Shown piece after piece: positions 12,090 to 24,917 of a stretch of 64,000 bases of DNA. The DNA lies in assembly GCA_025786725.1 (NCBI GenBank), contig JAHLTZ010000030.1, forward strand, positions 269,415 through 333,414, in the 5' to 3' direction. The notes below the pieces were generated by a model, which searched no databases, had not been told where the DNA came from, and saw only the letters and a list, made by a program, of their open reading frames with translations. Positions within the stretch are counted from its first letter, which is position 1; each line of letters opens with the position of its first letter. The position numbers and the translations under genes were made by a program. Origin of the DNA: Syncephalis fuscata S228. Its lineage: Eukaryota > Fungi > Zoopagomycota.

Positions 12090-15029
12090 CTATTGAGTAA
12101 TCTTGTACATCAATTGCATTGTACCCGATTGGATTCTCATATCTGCACCAGTAACAGAAAGCTTGGTCATGACCGAGGTAGACTTGCCGGTGGTTTGGGT
12201 GGAAATTCCTTGGCTTTGGGCAGATGCACCGTAAAGTGCGGCAATTCCTGTGACGGTAACAACTGGAGAAAGCCATGTGTCGTATGATGAGCGAACGTTA
12301 AGTGAACCATCTGGCGAGTATGGACGATAGGTAAACAAGCGCAGTTTGTACTGCCCATCCTGAACAGGGGTGATGCTAGTTCCTGGCTGGTTGAAGCTAG
12401 GCATTGGCTGGATTAAACCATTCCAGTAGCACCATGTATCGTCATTAGGATCATCCTTGGTGGCATCCAATGGCCCACCATTGGCGTCGTAGGCCATACC
12501 AATAATGTTACCGTTGAGATCTTCGACTGCAACAAGAGCCCATGGCGATGGTGTGTCGAGACGGAAACGTACGGCCACGTAATCTCCAGCAGCAGTTACA
12601 AGGCGGGTCTTTGAGGTGCTAGTGAAAAGATTACCATTAGCATCCATATAGTCAAGTCTAGGATAGTTGTCATCACGACGAAGTGGACCAAGAACACGTT
12701 GAGCACCACGGGTCGTCTGATATGGAATATGGCGGATGGTTTGTTTGCCGGTCTTGGCATCAGTATGAATTGCCTCAATAAGACCATTGAACACCATATA
12801 GTAGATGGGATCAGCTTCATATGGTGGATAGATGGTGATGCTGGTCTTTTCTGTGCGGCGTGTGTTGATGTTTTTGATTGTGCTAGCTTTGGTGATAGTA
12901 ATCTTAGATGGATTAGCAGTAAATGAGCTTACTGCACCATCGATAACATAGTAATCATGTTTACGATTATTCCAGCTGGATACACCCCATCCTGGCTTGT
13001 GCTTGAAAGTGATAGTGCCAGGAGGAATGTCACCAGTAAGAGTTACATCAAATGTGTATGCAGCGCTAGAGCCACCACTGTCTGAGCCGCGGAATCCAGC
13101 TGACAAAGGATAGAGTCCCCAGTTTGTCTCGCTTGAATCCACTAGACGAGCAATACCAGCACCTGCGGATATAATAGGAGAGGTGTATGTATTTTTGTTT
13201 GTGGTCATATCTTCAAGTTCAGGTGATGTCTGAGCAACTGATGTTTGCATAAGCAAACGACGAACAGCTTCAGGGCGTTCAGTGGCAGATATAGTCGATC
13301 CAAGTCGTTGGATTGCTGCGGCAGCCAAGCCAGCAACCTGTGGAGATGCCATACTGGTTCCACTTAAAATAGCGTACGAACCAAGTTTGGTGAGATATGT
13401 ACTAAAGACTGTTTCACCAAATGAAGTAACTTCTGGCTTGATGTTGGTAATGTCAGCAACTGGACCGTTGGAGCTGAATTCTGACCATTGATAGGTATTG
13501 TAATCAGCATCATATTTTGTGACGGTTTGAGTCCATTTGACAGTAGTACTATCGCTGGTAGTTGGCAATAACTTGTAGAGATTTTGTCCTTGACTGTAGC
13601 CAATGATAAGAACGTGAATATTTACAGGAGCATCAACAACTGGGAAGTTGAGTTCGTCATAGTCATTAACAACTATAATGCCGAGAGCGTTGGCGTTTTG
13701 TGCGTTAAGGGCCTTCTGTGTAAAGGTACAGCCACCACGGTTAAGCACAACAAACTTGCCGCTGTAGCCAATGCCATAGGGTGCACAGCTATCAGTGTTG
13801 TTCTTCTCCACGCGCTTGATTGTCTTGAAAGTAATGGCGGGTACGACAGTTTGATTTGCTGACAAGTAATACACGTTGGTGCCGTCACTGTCCAGCTTGA
13901 ACGAAAATGAGCTCAATTTCGGTCTTCCCATAGAGCCAACGGTAATTACATTTGGTGCAACACCGGGGCTGGATAGTGTGGTCAATCCACCAAGACCGTC
14001 ATTACCGGCTGATGCGACTACAACAATACCACGAGCAGTCAACCGTTGTGCAGCGTCGGCATCAGCATAGTCCGTGTAAAATTTGCCGGTACCAATGGAA
14101 ATATTGACAACGTCCATACCATCGGAAGCGGCACGCTCCATAGCGCTTACGATAATATCCATGGCCACACTTCCAGTGCAGCTAAGGACACGGTAAGCAC
14201 CAAGTGTGGCGGCAGGAGCATTACCGGTAACCAGATCAGAGCTGGCTGCAACAAGACCAGCAACGTGAGTGCCATGGCCGTTGCAAGTATCAAGCGGGTC
14301 GCTATCTGGAACGGGTTTCCATCCTGGAGCAGGATAGTCAGCACCGGTGTAGGCATCACCGACAAAGTCCCAGCCATAGGCTACTTTACAGCCAGCACCA
14401 AAGCAGCCACCAAGAGCGGGATGTGTGTAGTCGATACCAGAATCAATGATACCGACTTTGATGTCTTTTCCGGCATTTGGATCAGGTTTACTCTCAACGG
14501 ACTGGCGACGGCGCAAGGCTACGGCCTCGGTACCAATAGCGTGAGCTACTGGTGCATGTTTGGCGCCACCGCCGATTGGCCGGACACTCTTGATACCAGA
14601 AAAGTTGGTAATTGAATTAAGGCCCCATTCACCATCGTCGAGAATATCCAATGAGACAGCGTTGAAAAGCAAATTGAAGTTTTGGCGGACTTGAACATTT
14701 AACTTTTGTTTAGCGTAGGCAAGAAAATCAGCTTGTTGTTTGGTAGCCGCGCTAGTACCAGGTGCGGCATCGAGTTCGAAAATGTAAGTGGTGGGCAGGT
14801 AGCCATATACAGGAGTTCCAGCTGATGTGGTATTGTCGGCACGGGCTATAAGCCTATGTAACAGATAAGACGAATCACGACGAGTGATGGCATTGGATTG
14901 AGTTTTCTTATGTTGAAGTGGACTAAATGGAAAGCGGAAACCATTTTTTGCAGCATCGCTTAGAGCAGCATTTGCGGCAACGGTAGCAATAATAATTGCC
15001 GAAAAAGAGGCAAGCTTTGTAACAAGCAT
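12090..15029 (-). CDS. Secreted subtilisin-like serine protease (S8A) with propeptide, PA insert and C-terminal extension; intronless
   Basis: Signal peptide; catalytic triad motifs IIDSGID, HGTHVAG, GTSMASP; PA motif NRGGCTFTQKALNAQNANALGIIVVN; 979-aa uninterrupted ORF. Confidence 0.96.
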   Translation of the reverse strand: MLVTKLASFSAIIIATVAANAALSDAAKNGFRFPFSPLQHKKTQSNAITRRDSSYLLHRLIARADNTTSAGTPVYGYLPTTYIFELDAAPGTSAATKQQADFLAYAKQKLNVQVRQNFNLLFNAVSLDILDDGEWGLNSITNFSGIKSVRPIGGGAKHAPVAHAIGTEAVALRRRQSVESKPDPNAGKDIKVGIIDSGIDYTHPALGGCFGAGCKVAYGWDFVGDAYTGADYPAPGWKPVPDSDPLDTCNGHGTHVAGLVAASSDLVTGNAPAATLGAYRVLSCTGSVAMDIIVSAMERAASDGMDVVNISIGTGKFYTDYADADAAQRLTARGIVVVASAGNDGLGGLTTLSSPGVAPNVITVGSMGRPKLSSFSFKLDSDGTNVYYLSANQTVVPAITFKTIKRVEKNNTDSCAPYGIGYSGKFVVLNRGGCTFTQKALNAQNANALGIIVVNDYDELNFPVVDAPVNIHVLIIGYSQGQNLYKLLPTTSDSTTVKWTQTVTKYDADYNTYQWSEFSSNGPVADITNIKPEVTSFGETVFSTYLTKLGSYAILSGTSMASPQVAGLAAAAIQRLGSTISATERPEAVRRLLMQTSVAQTSPELEDMTTNKNTYTSPIISAGAGIARLVDSSETNWGLYPLSAGFRGSDSGGSSAAYTFDVTLTGDIPPGTITFKHKPGWGVSSWNNRKHDYYVIDGAVSSFTANPSKITITKASTIKNINTRRTEKTSITIYPPYEADPIYYMVFNGLIEAIHTDAKTGKQTIRHIPYQTTRGAQRVLGPLRRDDNYPRLDYMDANGNLFTSTSKTRLVTAAGDYVAVRFRLDTPSPWALVAVEDLNGNIIGMAYDANGGPLDATKDDPNDDTWCYWNGLIQPMPSFNQPGTSITPVQDGQYKLRLFTYRPYSPDGSLNVRSSYDTWLSPVVTVTGIAALYGASAQSQGISTQTTGKSTSVMTKLSVTGADMRIQSGTMQLMYKITQ

Positions 15030-18000
15030 TGTAATACTTATATGTAACGGATATACACAATTATTAAGAATATGGGCTATTAAGTATAAGTACTATTAGA
15101 TAGATGGCGCGGATTGAACAACAGTAGTCTACGACGGCTATTTATGTAGCTGTAGAACACTGGTAAACGACGTTGTAAATTTCTTAGAATTCCTATTGGA
15201 AATCAATGAGTATGTATTGGAAGACGCAACTATTGTTTACCCCGATAAAACTCCGATTAAATGGCTTTGAGAAAATAATGACATCACACAATCTAAACAT
15301 GCAAATTATTAAATTGCTGAATTTTATTAGTATAAAGTTTAATCACAATTATTGTTATACTATAAAATTAATTTATTGTTACATATGTCATAATAAGCAT
15401 ATAATGTTAAATATTACTACAGCTTGATCGTTACAACCGTTCACGATCTATCATAAGTTACATAGAAGCAAATACGCTGGTATTGAATTGCGTCTAAATT
15501 TAGCAATTAAATTCAATTCCCATGACTCAACCACCCAAAGTATTATTTATTTATTGTTTTTATTAAATCTGGCTTTAGGTAGAAAATACATTAAACTTGA
15601 ATAAAATTGTTTACTGATAACCAAACAGCTATTTAAAAATTAATCAAGTTACACGCTGTAAATGCTATATTTTTATTTAATACATTACATTGTAGCGGTA
15701 GACAACCCAAAACTTTTAAAGTATAAGAAGCAGAAAGTAGAGTAAAAAATAGACTAAGATTTCATTTTAATAAGGATGTATTATATTTGTATTACTATTG
15801 GACTTTATAATTAATGGTTGATCTAACATTAGCTTGTGCATGCGCATAGCGGATGCGACAACATATTTAAAATCTATGTGAAGATTTAATGAATACATCT
15901 TTATTAGTAAATGTTAGAAGCAGCTGCATTGGCAGTATTATCGTCGTCGCTATATCCATTATTTTTCGTTAGTTTTTTTCACGTAGTACTATATATGGTA
16001 AAAGTTAAATACTTATAGCAATATATTCACACAATTTAATAATAACTATAAGTAGAATTTTTATGGAAAAACATTTAGACAAAGACACTAATTATAGAAA
16101 AGAGCGGTAAAATCAGATATCTATATTCACATCTAGTTAATTTCTATTATTTTTATTGTATGTACATATAAGATAAATTCACTTTTATCAATAATAGCAC
16201 AATTTCTGATTGTCTACAAATGACAAAAATTTTCTATTCTGAGCATAAAATTATGCACTTTTAAAATACAACATAATAAAGAAATTCCATTGGCCAGTTA
16301 GGATTGCTTGAATAAGAGCTAAATATTTTATATAACCAATCTGCTAACGCTGTGTTCCAGCATTGATTTAGAGATTGTAATTTAAATGATTAAACAACAC
16401 TTTACTTTGATATTGAATAAAGCTATCATTTTATAGTAAATACAGCTAATAATAGAGCAATACAAAGTTAACTGAACATAATATTTCTAGACAAAAACTA
16501 TCTAACCATCAAAGCAGATAAACCAATCTGAAAACAACAAATTCAACTAGAATAGATACTTAATTTAAATTTAGATTTTATTAAATATATTAAACGGCAA
16601 ATTCTTAAGCTTTTTGTTTATTATTAAACGTTATAAGCAATTTAATGATTATCCAGTTTGTTAGTAGGTACCGATTACTTTACAGTTTTATTTTATTATC
16701 ATTATTGATGTTAGTGCCCTATATTGTCGAATAGCTATGCCAATATAATTAGAATATAAAGACTGTATCTAAAGGCATTGCTGTAATCATTAAGTATATC
16801 GCCATACGTTTACTATTGTTATAGCCATCAACACTCAGCACCTATTATAAACTACTTAGTTTATTCAGTCATTTAAATTTGAAGGTAAAGATTGTAATAA
16901 ACCAATTCACTTTTCATTAATAGCGGCAAGATGTTTTGAATATTGACATTGAAATCATCTAGTGCCATGCACAAATACTAAATTAGAAAAATTAAAGCTT
17001 AAACCTTCAAATCTTTCAAATGGCTACAATGATATTGCATAGATCTAGATACATGTTTTTTAAACATTTTTAGTTAGAATCAAAGTATAGCAATATGAAC
17101 ACCATGCATAATAATAGCATTATTTATTTTAAAATTTATACCAATGCAATCACATTAGCAGCAATTAGGCAAAAAGACCAATGTTATAAAACAAAAAGAA
17201 AAGGTTTATTGCATGACAGTCCCAGTCACACGCAAGTAACAGCTTAGCATTAGTTGTCGGTGCCATTTTCAACCGACTAGCAATAGAATTGTACACAGCT
17301 GTTTGCATAGTATCATTTGTGTTTGCAGAAATCTATTAAATCAATAAATGCAGCAATGCTTATTTAATAATTTAAAATGACACGTATTTAAACTATAAAC
17401 TAATAGGTTATATATCTAGAAAGTACGTGGTCAATGGTTGGCCACGAATGCTGACACCGGCTACACTACTAGTCCAGGAAAAGTAGCGCAATAATGAAAC
17501 TTTCGATGCAATATTGCTTAGTCACAACAGCTACTTTTCAGGAACAAGTACTGATGAGTGGGATTATTCAGGTGGTGGAAAAAGCAATGAAGGCAGTTGG
17601 TGGAAAGGTAACAGCGCAGATAGCTAACATATCCATCGTATTGATAACTGTGCAGATACACAGTAGCAGATCACACTGCTGTACTGGCGCTAAAGACTTG
17701 CTCAGCGACTATACTAGCAGTGCGATCTGCAGTAGTAGTCATAACAAAAACAAAGCATACAGCGAGGCTTTACAACATATATTCAACATAGTATAAAAAG
17801 TCAAAGTTGCAATTACTATGCCAACAAAACCATTAATACTAATGATCAGAGTGATAAAAATGATTTGTAAAAAGAGGTCGGATTACAAAAGAGCATTGTA
17901 TGAGAGTAATGTAAATATTGTTTGTACTTGACTAATAACACTATCTATGAAGCATATGTGGAATGTACAAATATATGCTGTCAAGTGTAAAGAAAGAGAA

Positions 18001-18529
18001 AGGAAATGTGATGACGTAGATTGTGAGATGTGAGCCTGTCAGTCAATATTTATAAACAGCCGAGTTTAATTGATTAATAAATGCAATGTAAATAATAAAA
18101 GTCAATCCACCCAACATGTCAGTACATCATAGAACAGATTAATAGTAAATGAACAAATGCATTAAGAATAAAAGTTATTTGACATTAAAACTACTCATTA
18201 TTATAGAACATATATTCAGTATACTAAAAGATCAATTAAATATAAAGGTTATTTTGCTACTAAAAACAAGTCATTATCATAAAGGCATGCTATTACAACA
18301 ATGTAGCGACAGTTTTTTACTTTAATGATTTATTTTATCCATAAGAGGATAATTTTAGAATGTATTAGTTTAAACAGTAGACAAATTATTACCATTCTAA
18401 AGAAGATACTGGATTATAGTATCACCGTTTCAGATTGAGAGAATTGATGATTCACATTGTATCGTTGAATTTATAAAACAACTATTTAACTATGTATGGA
18501 AAAATTTAGGATAAATATTTTCTTTTCCA

Positions 18530-20998
18530 ATGTCGTTAAAGCAAGTTAACAAAACAGAACAAGCTGAAATACTTGAAACAGTTAAACTAATTACACGGGC
18601 TGGCGAGAATGAGCCCAATGCTCAACACTTGAAGGTTGGTTGACAACGCATAGTGCAACTATAGCCTTGACAACAGCGGCAGCAGCAATAATAACAATAA
18701 CAACAATATATTGCCTTGTAGACGTTCAAAGCATTTTGCAAAGCATCCAACGAGCATACGGCGGCAGCCTATGAAGTGCTTTTTATGCAGCTACGTACAA
18801 AGCATGCTCAGGTATGAAGTACTACCATAGCTGGTAATAAGCTATGCTGGCGAGTTTAATAGCGCACTAACAGGACAGTACCTAGGTACGGCTGGCCACG
18901 GTACAATTACTTGTTGTATTATATGAGCGGTCGCAGCATGCACGTACTCTGGTGCATGGCGATATTAACGACTGGATACAACTAACCGTCGGCGTACATA
19001 ATGAACGACTGCCACCACCCAAAGAATATGCCAACCGATTGCGCCAGTTAATGCTTAATAGTATACGCGATTGGTATGATCGACGCGGTGACCGACATCG
19101 AGAGGTAAACTATACAAATATTGTGTTTTTAGCTATCTAATGATATGTCAGTTACGGCTAGCATACGAATATTTAAAGCAAAATGCCGGTGTCGATTTTG
19201 GCAATACAAAAGGATCAGTGGCTCGTATGACACACCGTAACGACGAAACAGCCGAAGAAAAACAAGTAAATAGACTGATGGATAGTGGTGATTGGATATT
19301 TATTTGAATATAGGAAAGAATTCAAAGAAATGCTCGATTGAAACGATATGAAGCTATTCGACAAACCATTGAACGTGGCACTTTGACCGTTGTAGAGAAT
19401 CTTACAGATATGGTAAGTAGTTAGATAAATAGTACAGCTTTTACTTATACACTATTGTAGGAAAGCTGCTTTGATATTCTTGTGCCAAAGTTATTTGAAG
19501 ATACATTAGAGAAACCAATGCAGAATAGTGAAGAGAAATATAATAATAATAATAATACAACATTGCGCCAGGTGATTCAAATAGTTTAGTTAATTTATAT
19601 AAATGTACTCATTCATTTTGCTAGATGGTACATGAGCATGGCTTAGGATCATCACGATATGCTTTGACAATCAATCTAAATGATTCCGATCATGCTGAAG
19701 TACAAGAAATTCCAGAAAATCGTATTTTATTTGAAGAACTTCGTACAGGCCGTCGTTTATTGAAAACACGCCATTTAGAACGTATTACTGGATGGCTTGA
19801 TGCGCTTGGTCATTCAGAAAGCGAAGTAAGCTGCTACTAGTAATACGACAATCTTATTGAGTTATAAACATTAGAATCCAGTTGAACGGGAAACATTACT
19901 AAAAGATTGTATTGATTTAAAGGAGCGCATTGAAGAGGCACTAAATAAATGCGATGAAATGGGCATTACCGATGAACGAGATGAAGATGATTTATTTGAG
20001 GTTGTTGCCGTTAATGCCGAGCCAGTTGATTCAGCCAACCAATTAGAGGATATACAAACGAATGCAGCTAGTATACAGTCTACTAAATCTACACTTCAAG
20101 GTTTATTTGCACCCAATGATTTTCCTGATATTGAACAAGATCCAACTTATGCACACAATACATCTCGGCCATTGGCACAATCTGAGGTGGCCAAGGGAAA
20201 ACAGCCGATGGTAGCCGATAAAGACGAAGATAATGAAGCTGAATCGTCAGATCCACAACGTGCAGGTATTTAACATTACCTTAACAACATTATGTTATTA
20301 TAATTAGTTAACACTTGATTTTAATAGCATTAATGGCTACAGCACCGTATATTGAATATGGCGATGATATCCACTATTGGAATGATCGCGAAATATCTAT
20401 TAATTCATCGGGACTTGGTATGAAATATTTATAGTTGATATATAAGCCATTAACATTTAAATTATTAGAATTATCGCATCGGTTCTATGGCACCGCCAAT
20501 CCAGATAGTGTTTTATCAAATGCTGGCATGGAGCGATATCGATTACGTGCCGTGCCACTAAGTCATATTACAGATGCATCAACCAGTAGTACTAATGATC
20601 CTAGTACTAGTACTAATGCTAGCAATACTAATAGCAGCTGCAAAGTGAATCCATCGATTAAATCATCTGCCAACTCGTCTAAACAGTTGTGGGAACAAAT
20701 TGCCGATGATGTTGGCAAACAAACCAATGCACCCGCAATAGTTAATGGTCGATCACGACGTAAACGTACAAAGTATGATGGACCTGGTCTTATTGATATT
20801 TATAAACAGCCTAAAAAGACGGCCCATGAACGCATTATTGAACGATTCTCCGATAAAGGTACACGTAAAATGGCTGAACAAGTAAGTTGTGTTTATTAAT
20901 AGTACATTAAATTAAAGGAGTACTAATGACCGAGCCATTAGAGTATGGTGTATCGTCAGCGACTGCGTGATCGAGATCGCAAACTAGCACGTTGGTGA
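18530..20998 (+). CDS. UVSSA: UV-stimulated scaffold protein A homolog (transcription-coupled NER), multi-exon
   Basis: VHS-like N-terminus (QLRTKHAQ/VRLATVQLLVVLYERSQHAR...LPPPKEYANRLRQ...LRLAYEYLK), APVIEYGDDIHYW, HRFYG, and basic C-terminal GLIDI...TAHERI. Confidence 0.82.
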
Positions 20999-21353
20999 TT
21001 TAAGGGATAGTATAGAGTTTAGAGGGGATACTATTTTCATTTACTTAACAACCGCCATGGCAAGTAAAAATAAACGATTGTTTACCCAGGTTACCTCGGT
21101 TATTCTTTCTATCAAGGCATAAGATCTAAAGATAATAAAAGCCGCGATTAATTTGTTAAGGAATTTGTAAATTATTACTTGTTAGTCATTTTAATTTATT
21201 CTCTCTCTCTCTCTATTATAATTGATAAGGTTGTGTTAATAATAGCAAGTTATTTTGTGCTGCTATTATTATTATTGCCTATCCGACTCTATTATTTAAG
21301 TGGATTTAAACAACAGTTTTGTTATAAACAACGCATTTAATTAGCGTAGTAAA

Positions 21354-23734
21354 ATGCGGTGGCCTAAGACTTGTCTGATGAGGTCATCATTATCGGCGGC
21401 CTTGCTTATTGGTGCCGCCCTGCTTGGTATTATTGGTGTTGAAGCCAAATACATTCCAAAGCATCATACAAAAAATATTAGTAAAGGAGGGGATGCTACA
21501 TTGGCCCATACAAAAAGCAATAGTAGAGGAAATGGTGCTACATTGGCCCATACAAAAAGTAATGGCAAATGCCAACATCAAATAAACTTGTACTGTATTG
21601 GGGCCAGAACTCGTTTGGTGCTACTCATGGCAACGATAAGACGCAATGGGAGAATCGTCTTACTCATTATTGTGAAAGTGGCCTATTAGATACGGTTGTG
21701 CTATCATTTATGCATGTATTTGGTCTATCGCCCGACACACAAATGGACTATGCAAACCATTGTCCACCAACTCAATTAATTGCCGGCACTAAATTGCTCG
21801 ACTGTCCTGAACTGCGTGGAGATATTCAACGATGCCAAAGCTTAGGTGTTAAGGTGCAGCTAGGACTGGGTGGTGCCGCGGTAGTTATGGATTCAATAAT
21901 GACGAACAAGCCATAACATTTGCTAATCAGCTATGGGAGAGTGCTTTCTCCGGTAATGGTAAAATAAGACCGTTTGGTGACGTGGTTCTCGATGGCGTTA
22001 ATCTTGATATCGAGGGTGGCAATCCATACAACTATGCAGCCTTTGTCGATCAGCTACGACAGCTTCATAGTAAAACGGGACAAGCAACCCATACATCAAA
22101 ACACAACACTAACATGGCAGTATCGGCAAATCATCGTACTCGTCCACTGATTATTACAGCTGCTCCTCAGTGCCCCTATCCCGATGCTTATATGCACGAT
22201 GTACTAACAAAATCTGAAATTGATGCTGTTTACGTGCAATTCTACAACAATTATTGCGGCACACAAGCCTTTGGCACATCCAACTTTAATTTTGATGTTG
22301 GGATGAATGGTCGCGCAAGATTGCTAAACGGGCAGGCGCCAAAATCTTTTTAGGTGTACCGGCTTCACCAACAGCCGCTAATATTGGCTATGTTGCGCCA
22401 GACAAGCTACAAGAAATTATTACATCGGTCCAGACGCGTTACCCATCGTTTGGCGGTGTTATGATGTGGGACACAAGCCAAGCGTTTGCCAATCAAGATG
22501 ATGGTAGTCGTAGTTATGCTATAGTGCAGTCAAAGCACTCAATGCTGCCTGTGGCCAATCTGTACCTATGGAAGCGGAAATAAGAGCAGCAACTACGGCA
22601 TCAATTGCTAATTTAGAGACAGCAATGGTAACAGCAGCAGCAGCAGCAACACAGAGGCAACAGAAACAGCAGAAGCAACAGCAGCATTAGTGCCAGATAC
22701 ATCAAATGCTTCGGCTGAAACATTATTGTCGACACTACAGTAACACTAGACCAAAATACGGCGTCTTCACCAGTCGAGACTCCTCAATCCCAACCAGTTA
22801 TGACGCATCATCCAGTTGCTAAACCCATACCGGTAGCACAATCCTCACCTACTTCATTGGACAAACATCGTGAAGACCACAATCAAATGAATAACCATCC
22901 TAGTAATAATAATAATAATAATAATAGCGAATCATGTCCAGTGGCCAACACGGCCTGTCGTGACTCAACATTCGATTGCAACGGTAACCAATTTGCTCAA
23001 TGTGTCTTTGGTAAGTTTAGTACTTTAATTCTAATATGAATATATCAATTGATTTATTGATTTATTGATTTATTAATGCATTTATTTTTATTAGGTCGCT
23101 GGGTCATGCGCACTTGTATGAGCGGCACAGTTTGTCATCGCACGGCCGATCTTAATAGCGTCTTCTGTGATTTCCCCACCGACTTGACACCATCATGCAG
23201 CAGTCGCGGTCGAGTCACGGCCGCACAGAAATTGGCCGTCGCCTCTGAGCGCCATTCACTTTGGGTGTCACGCGAACAAGCAACTGCTGATTTATTGCCC
23301 GACCAGAAGGTGCGTATGGTGTACTTGAACGCCAATAGCACACATATGGAGGCATTAGCAAGTGCTTCAGCGGGCAAACAGCCATTTGGCCGCGATTGGG
23401 AGTTTGAATTGGCCGTTCCGCACGGCACACGCGTCGTTAGAGCTATTCGTACACAAGGACCTCGTCATGAAAAAATGGTCAGCCACTCGAAGTGGTCGAT
23501 CCCATGCTAGAGGCTGACTTGGATGGCACCGGTGCTACACGGTCACTCTTTGTTATACGTGGCAATCGTGACTACGAACCAAACCAAAGTATGCGCGTTG
23601 ATGTTCTTGTAACGCTAGCAGCGGACAAACTAGATACCGACTCGGATTTGTCCATTCATCCTGTCGTTGCCGCAAATCAAAAGGGCGCTGCCTGGAGTGA
23701 AGTTGTTTCTAGTTCGGAATTGAAGCGTCTCTAA
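21354..23734 (+). CDS. Class III GH18 chitinase 1 with Cys-rich CBM19-like module; at least five frameshifts in this assembly
   Basis: Signal peptide, [49 protein letters not shown]; intron 23011-23094; frames switch at ~21571, 21880, 22299, 22522, 23485. Confidence 0.85.
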
Positions 23735-23869
23735 TTAGTGGCACTATAGCTTGCGTGCGTGTATAACATGTGTGTGTACAACTTGTTAGCAAGTCTGTTC
23801 GTTTATTTGCTCACCCAATGATTGGTTTTTTTATGAATTATTGAATAATAAACCGAGCCCACGTGATAC

Positions 23870-24370
23870 ATTAAAGAATTTCTATCGTGCAACTTAATGT
23901 TTGATAATCATTTATTACACTCTCTTTTTACTTTTGAAGTAATATTTTATCGTTGTTTAAAAATATTACAAGTGATCTCTTTACGTTTCTAGTAATAAAA
24001 ATGTCAATAAACGTGCTAGTTGCCTAGTTTTTTATCTTAAGTAAAATATCTTTAATGGGATGTAATAGACTTGTTACATTTTATTCACAATAGAATGTAC
24101 GACCAGAATGTTGTAACACGTTAAAGAATTTCTATCGTGCAACTTAATGTTTGATAATCATTTATTGCATTCTTTTTTACTTTTGAAGTAATATTTTACC
24201 GTTGTTTAAGAATATTACAAATGATTTCTTTACGTTTCTAGTAATAAAAATGTTAATAAACGTGCTAGTTGTCTAGTTTATTGTCTTTTTGGTAAGTATT
24301 TTTTGATACAATGTAACAAGTCTATTGTATTGTATTCACAATAGAATATACGACCAGAATGTTGTAACAC
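23870..24370. repeat. Tandem duplication of a ~250-bp unit
   Basis: ttaaagaatttctatcgtgcaacttaatgtttgataatcatttatt ... cgaccagaatgttgtaacac occurs at 23871-24119 and 24121-24370. Confidence 0.95.
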
Positions 24371-24917
24371 AGCCCTTGTTTAACGCTTACCCCCCTTAAG
24401 CCAGTTTATGTTGCAATGCCCGAAGTGCGTATACGTCATAGCACATAATATATTGCCTACAGCTATAGTTACAGTTACTAATACGATGACTAATGTTATC
24501 ATGAATACTGTAATAAATAATGGTTAAAATAGTAAAATATAACATGTAATAAATAGAGCAATGCTTAAAATGAAGAAACACCAATTATATTTATTAATAG
24601 AAGCTTATTGGTACTATATCTCTTTGGCGCGTAAATAAAAATGGCATTAAAAATATGAACAAGTACTTATTAAATTATAAAAAGCGGAAAAGGCAGGTTA
24701 ATTCGTATTACTATATTTGGTAGCACAGGCATTGTGAAGTATTATTGCTAGCTATAAAATGATGCATGTCTGGGCGATCCACTACAATTGCTTCTATATT
24801 CTTAACAACACGCTATTGTAAGGCTATCACGTCTACAAACGATCTTTCAACACTTCTTGTTTAAATTTACGATTTTATTTTGTTTTTAACAATTTTATTT
24901 GATACTTTAAAGTAACA

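Noticed and set aside
12087-14615. Overlapping small ORFs within the subtilase (and similar ones within the chitinases)
   Set aside because: Alternate-frame or antisense shadows of strong real CDSs.
17200-17800. Slightly GC-richer island with a 100-aa plus ORF and a short hydrophobic minus-strand start
   Set aside because: No recognisable motif and minus-strand frames are interrupted; may be a decayed gene but cannot be supported.
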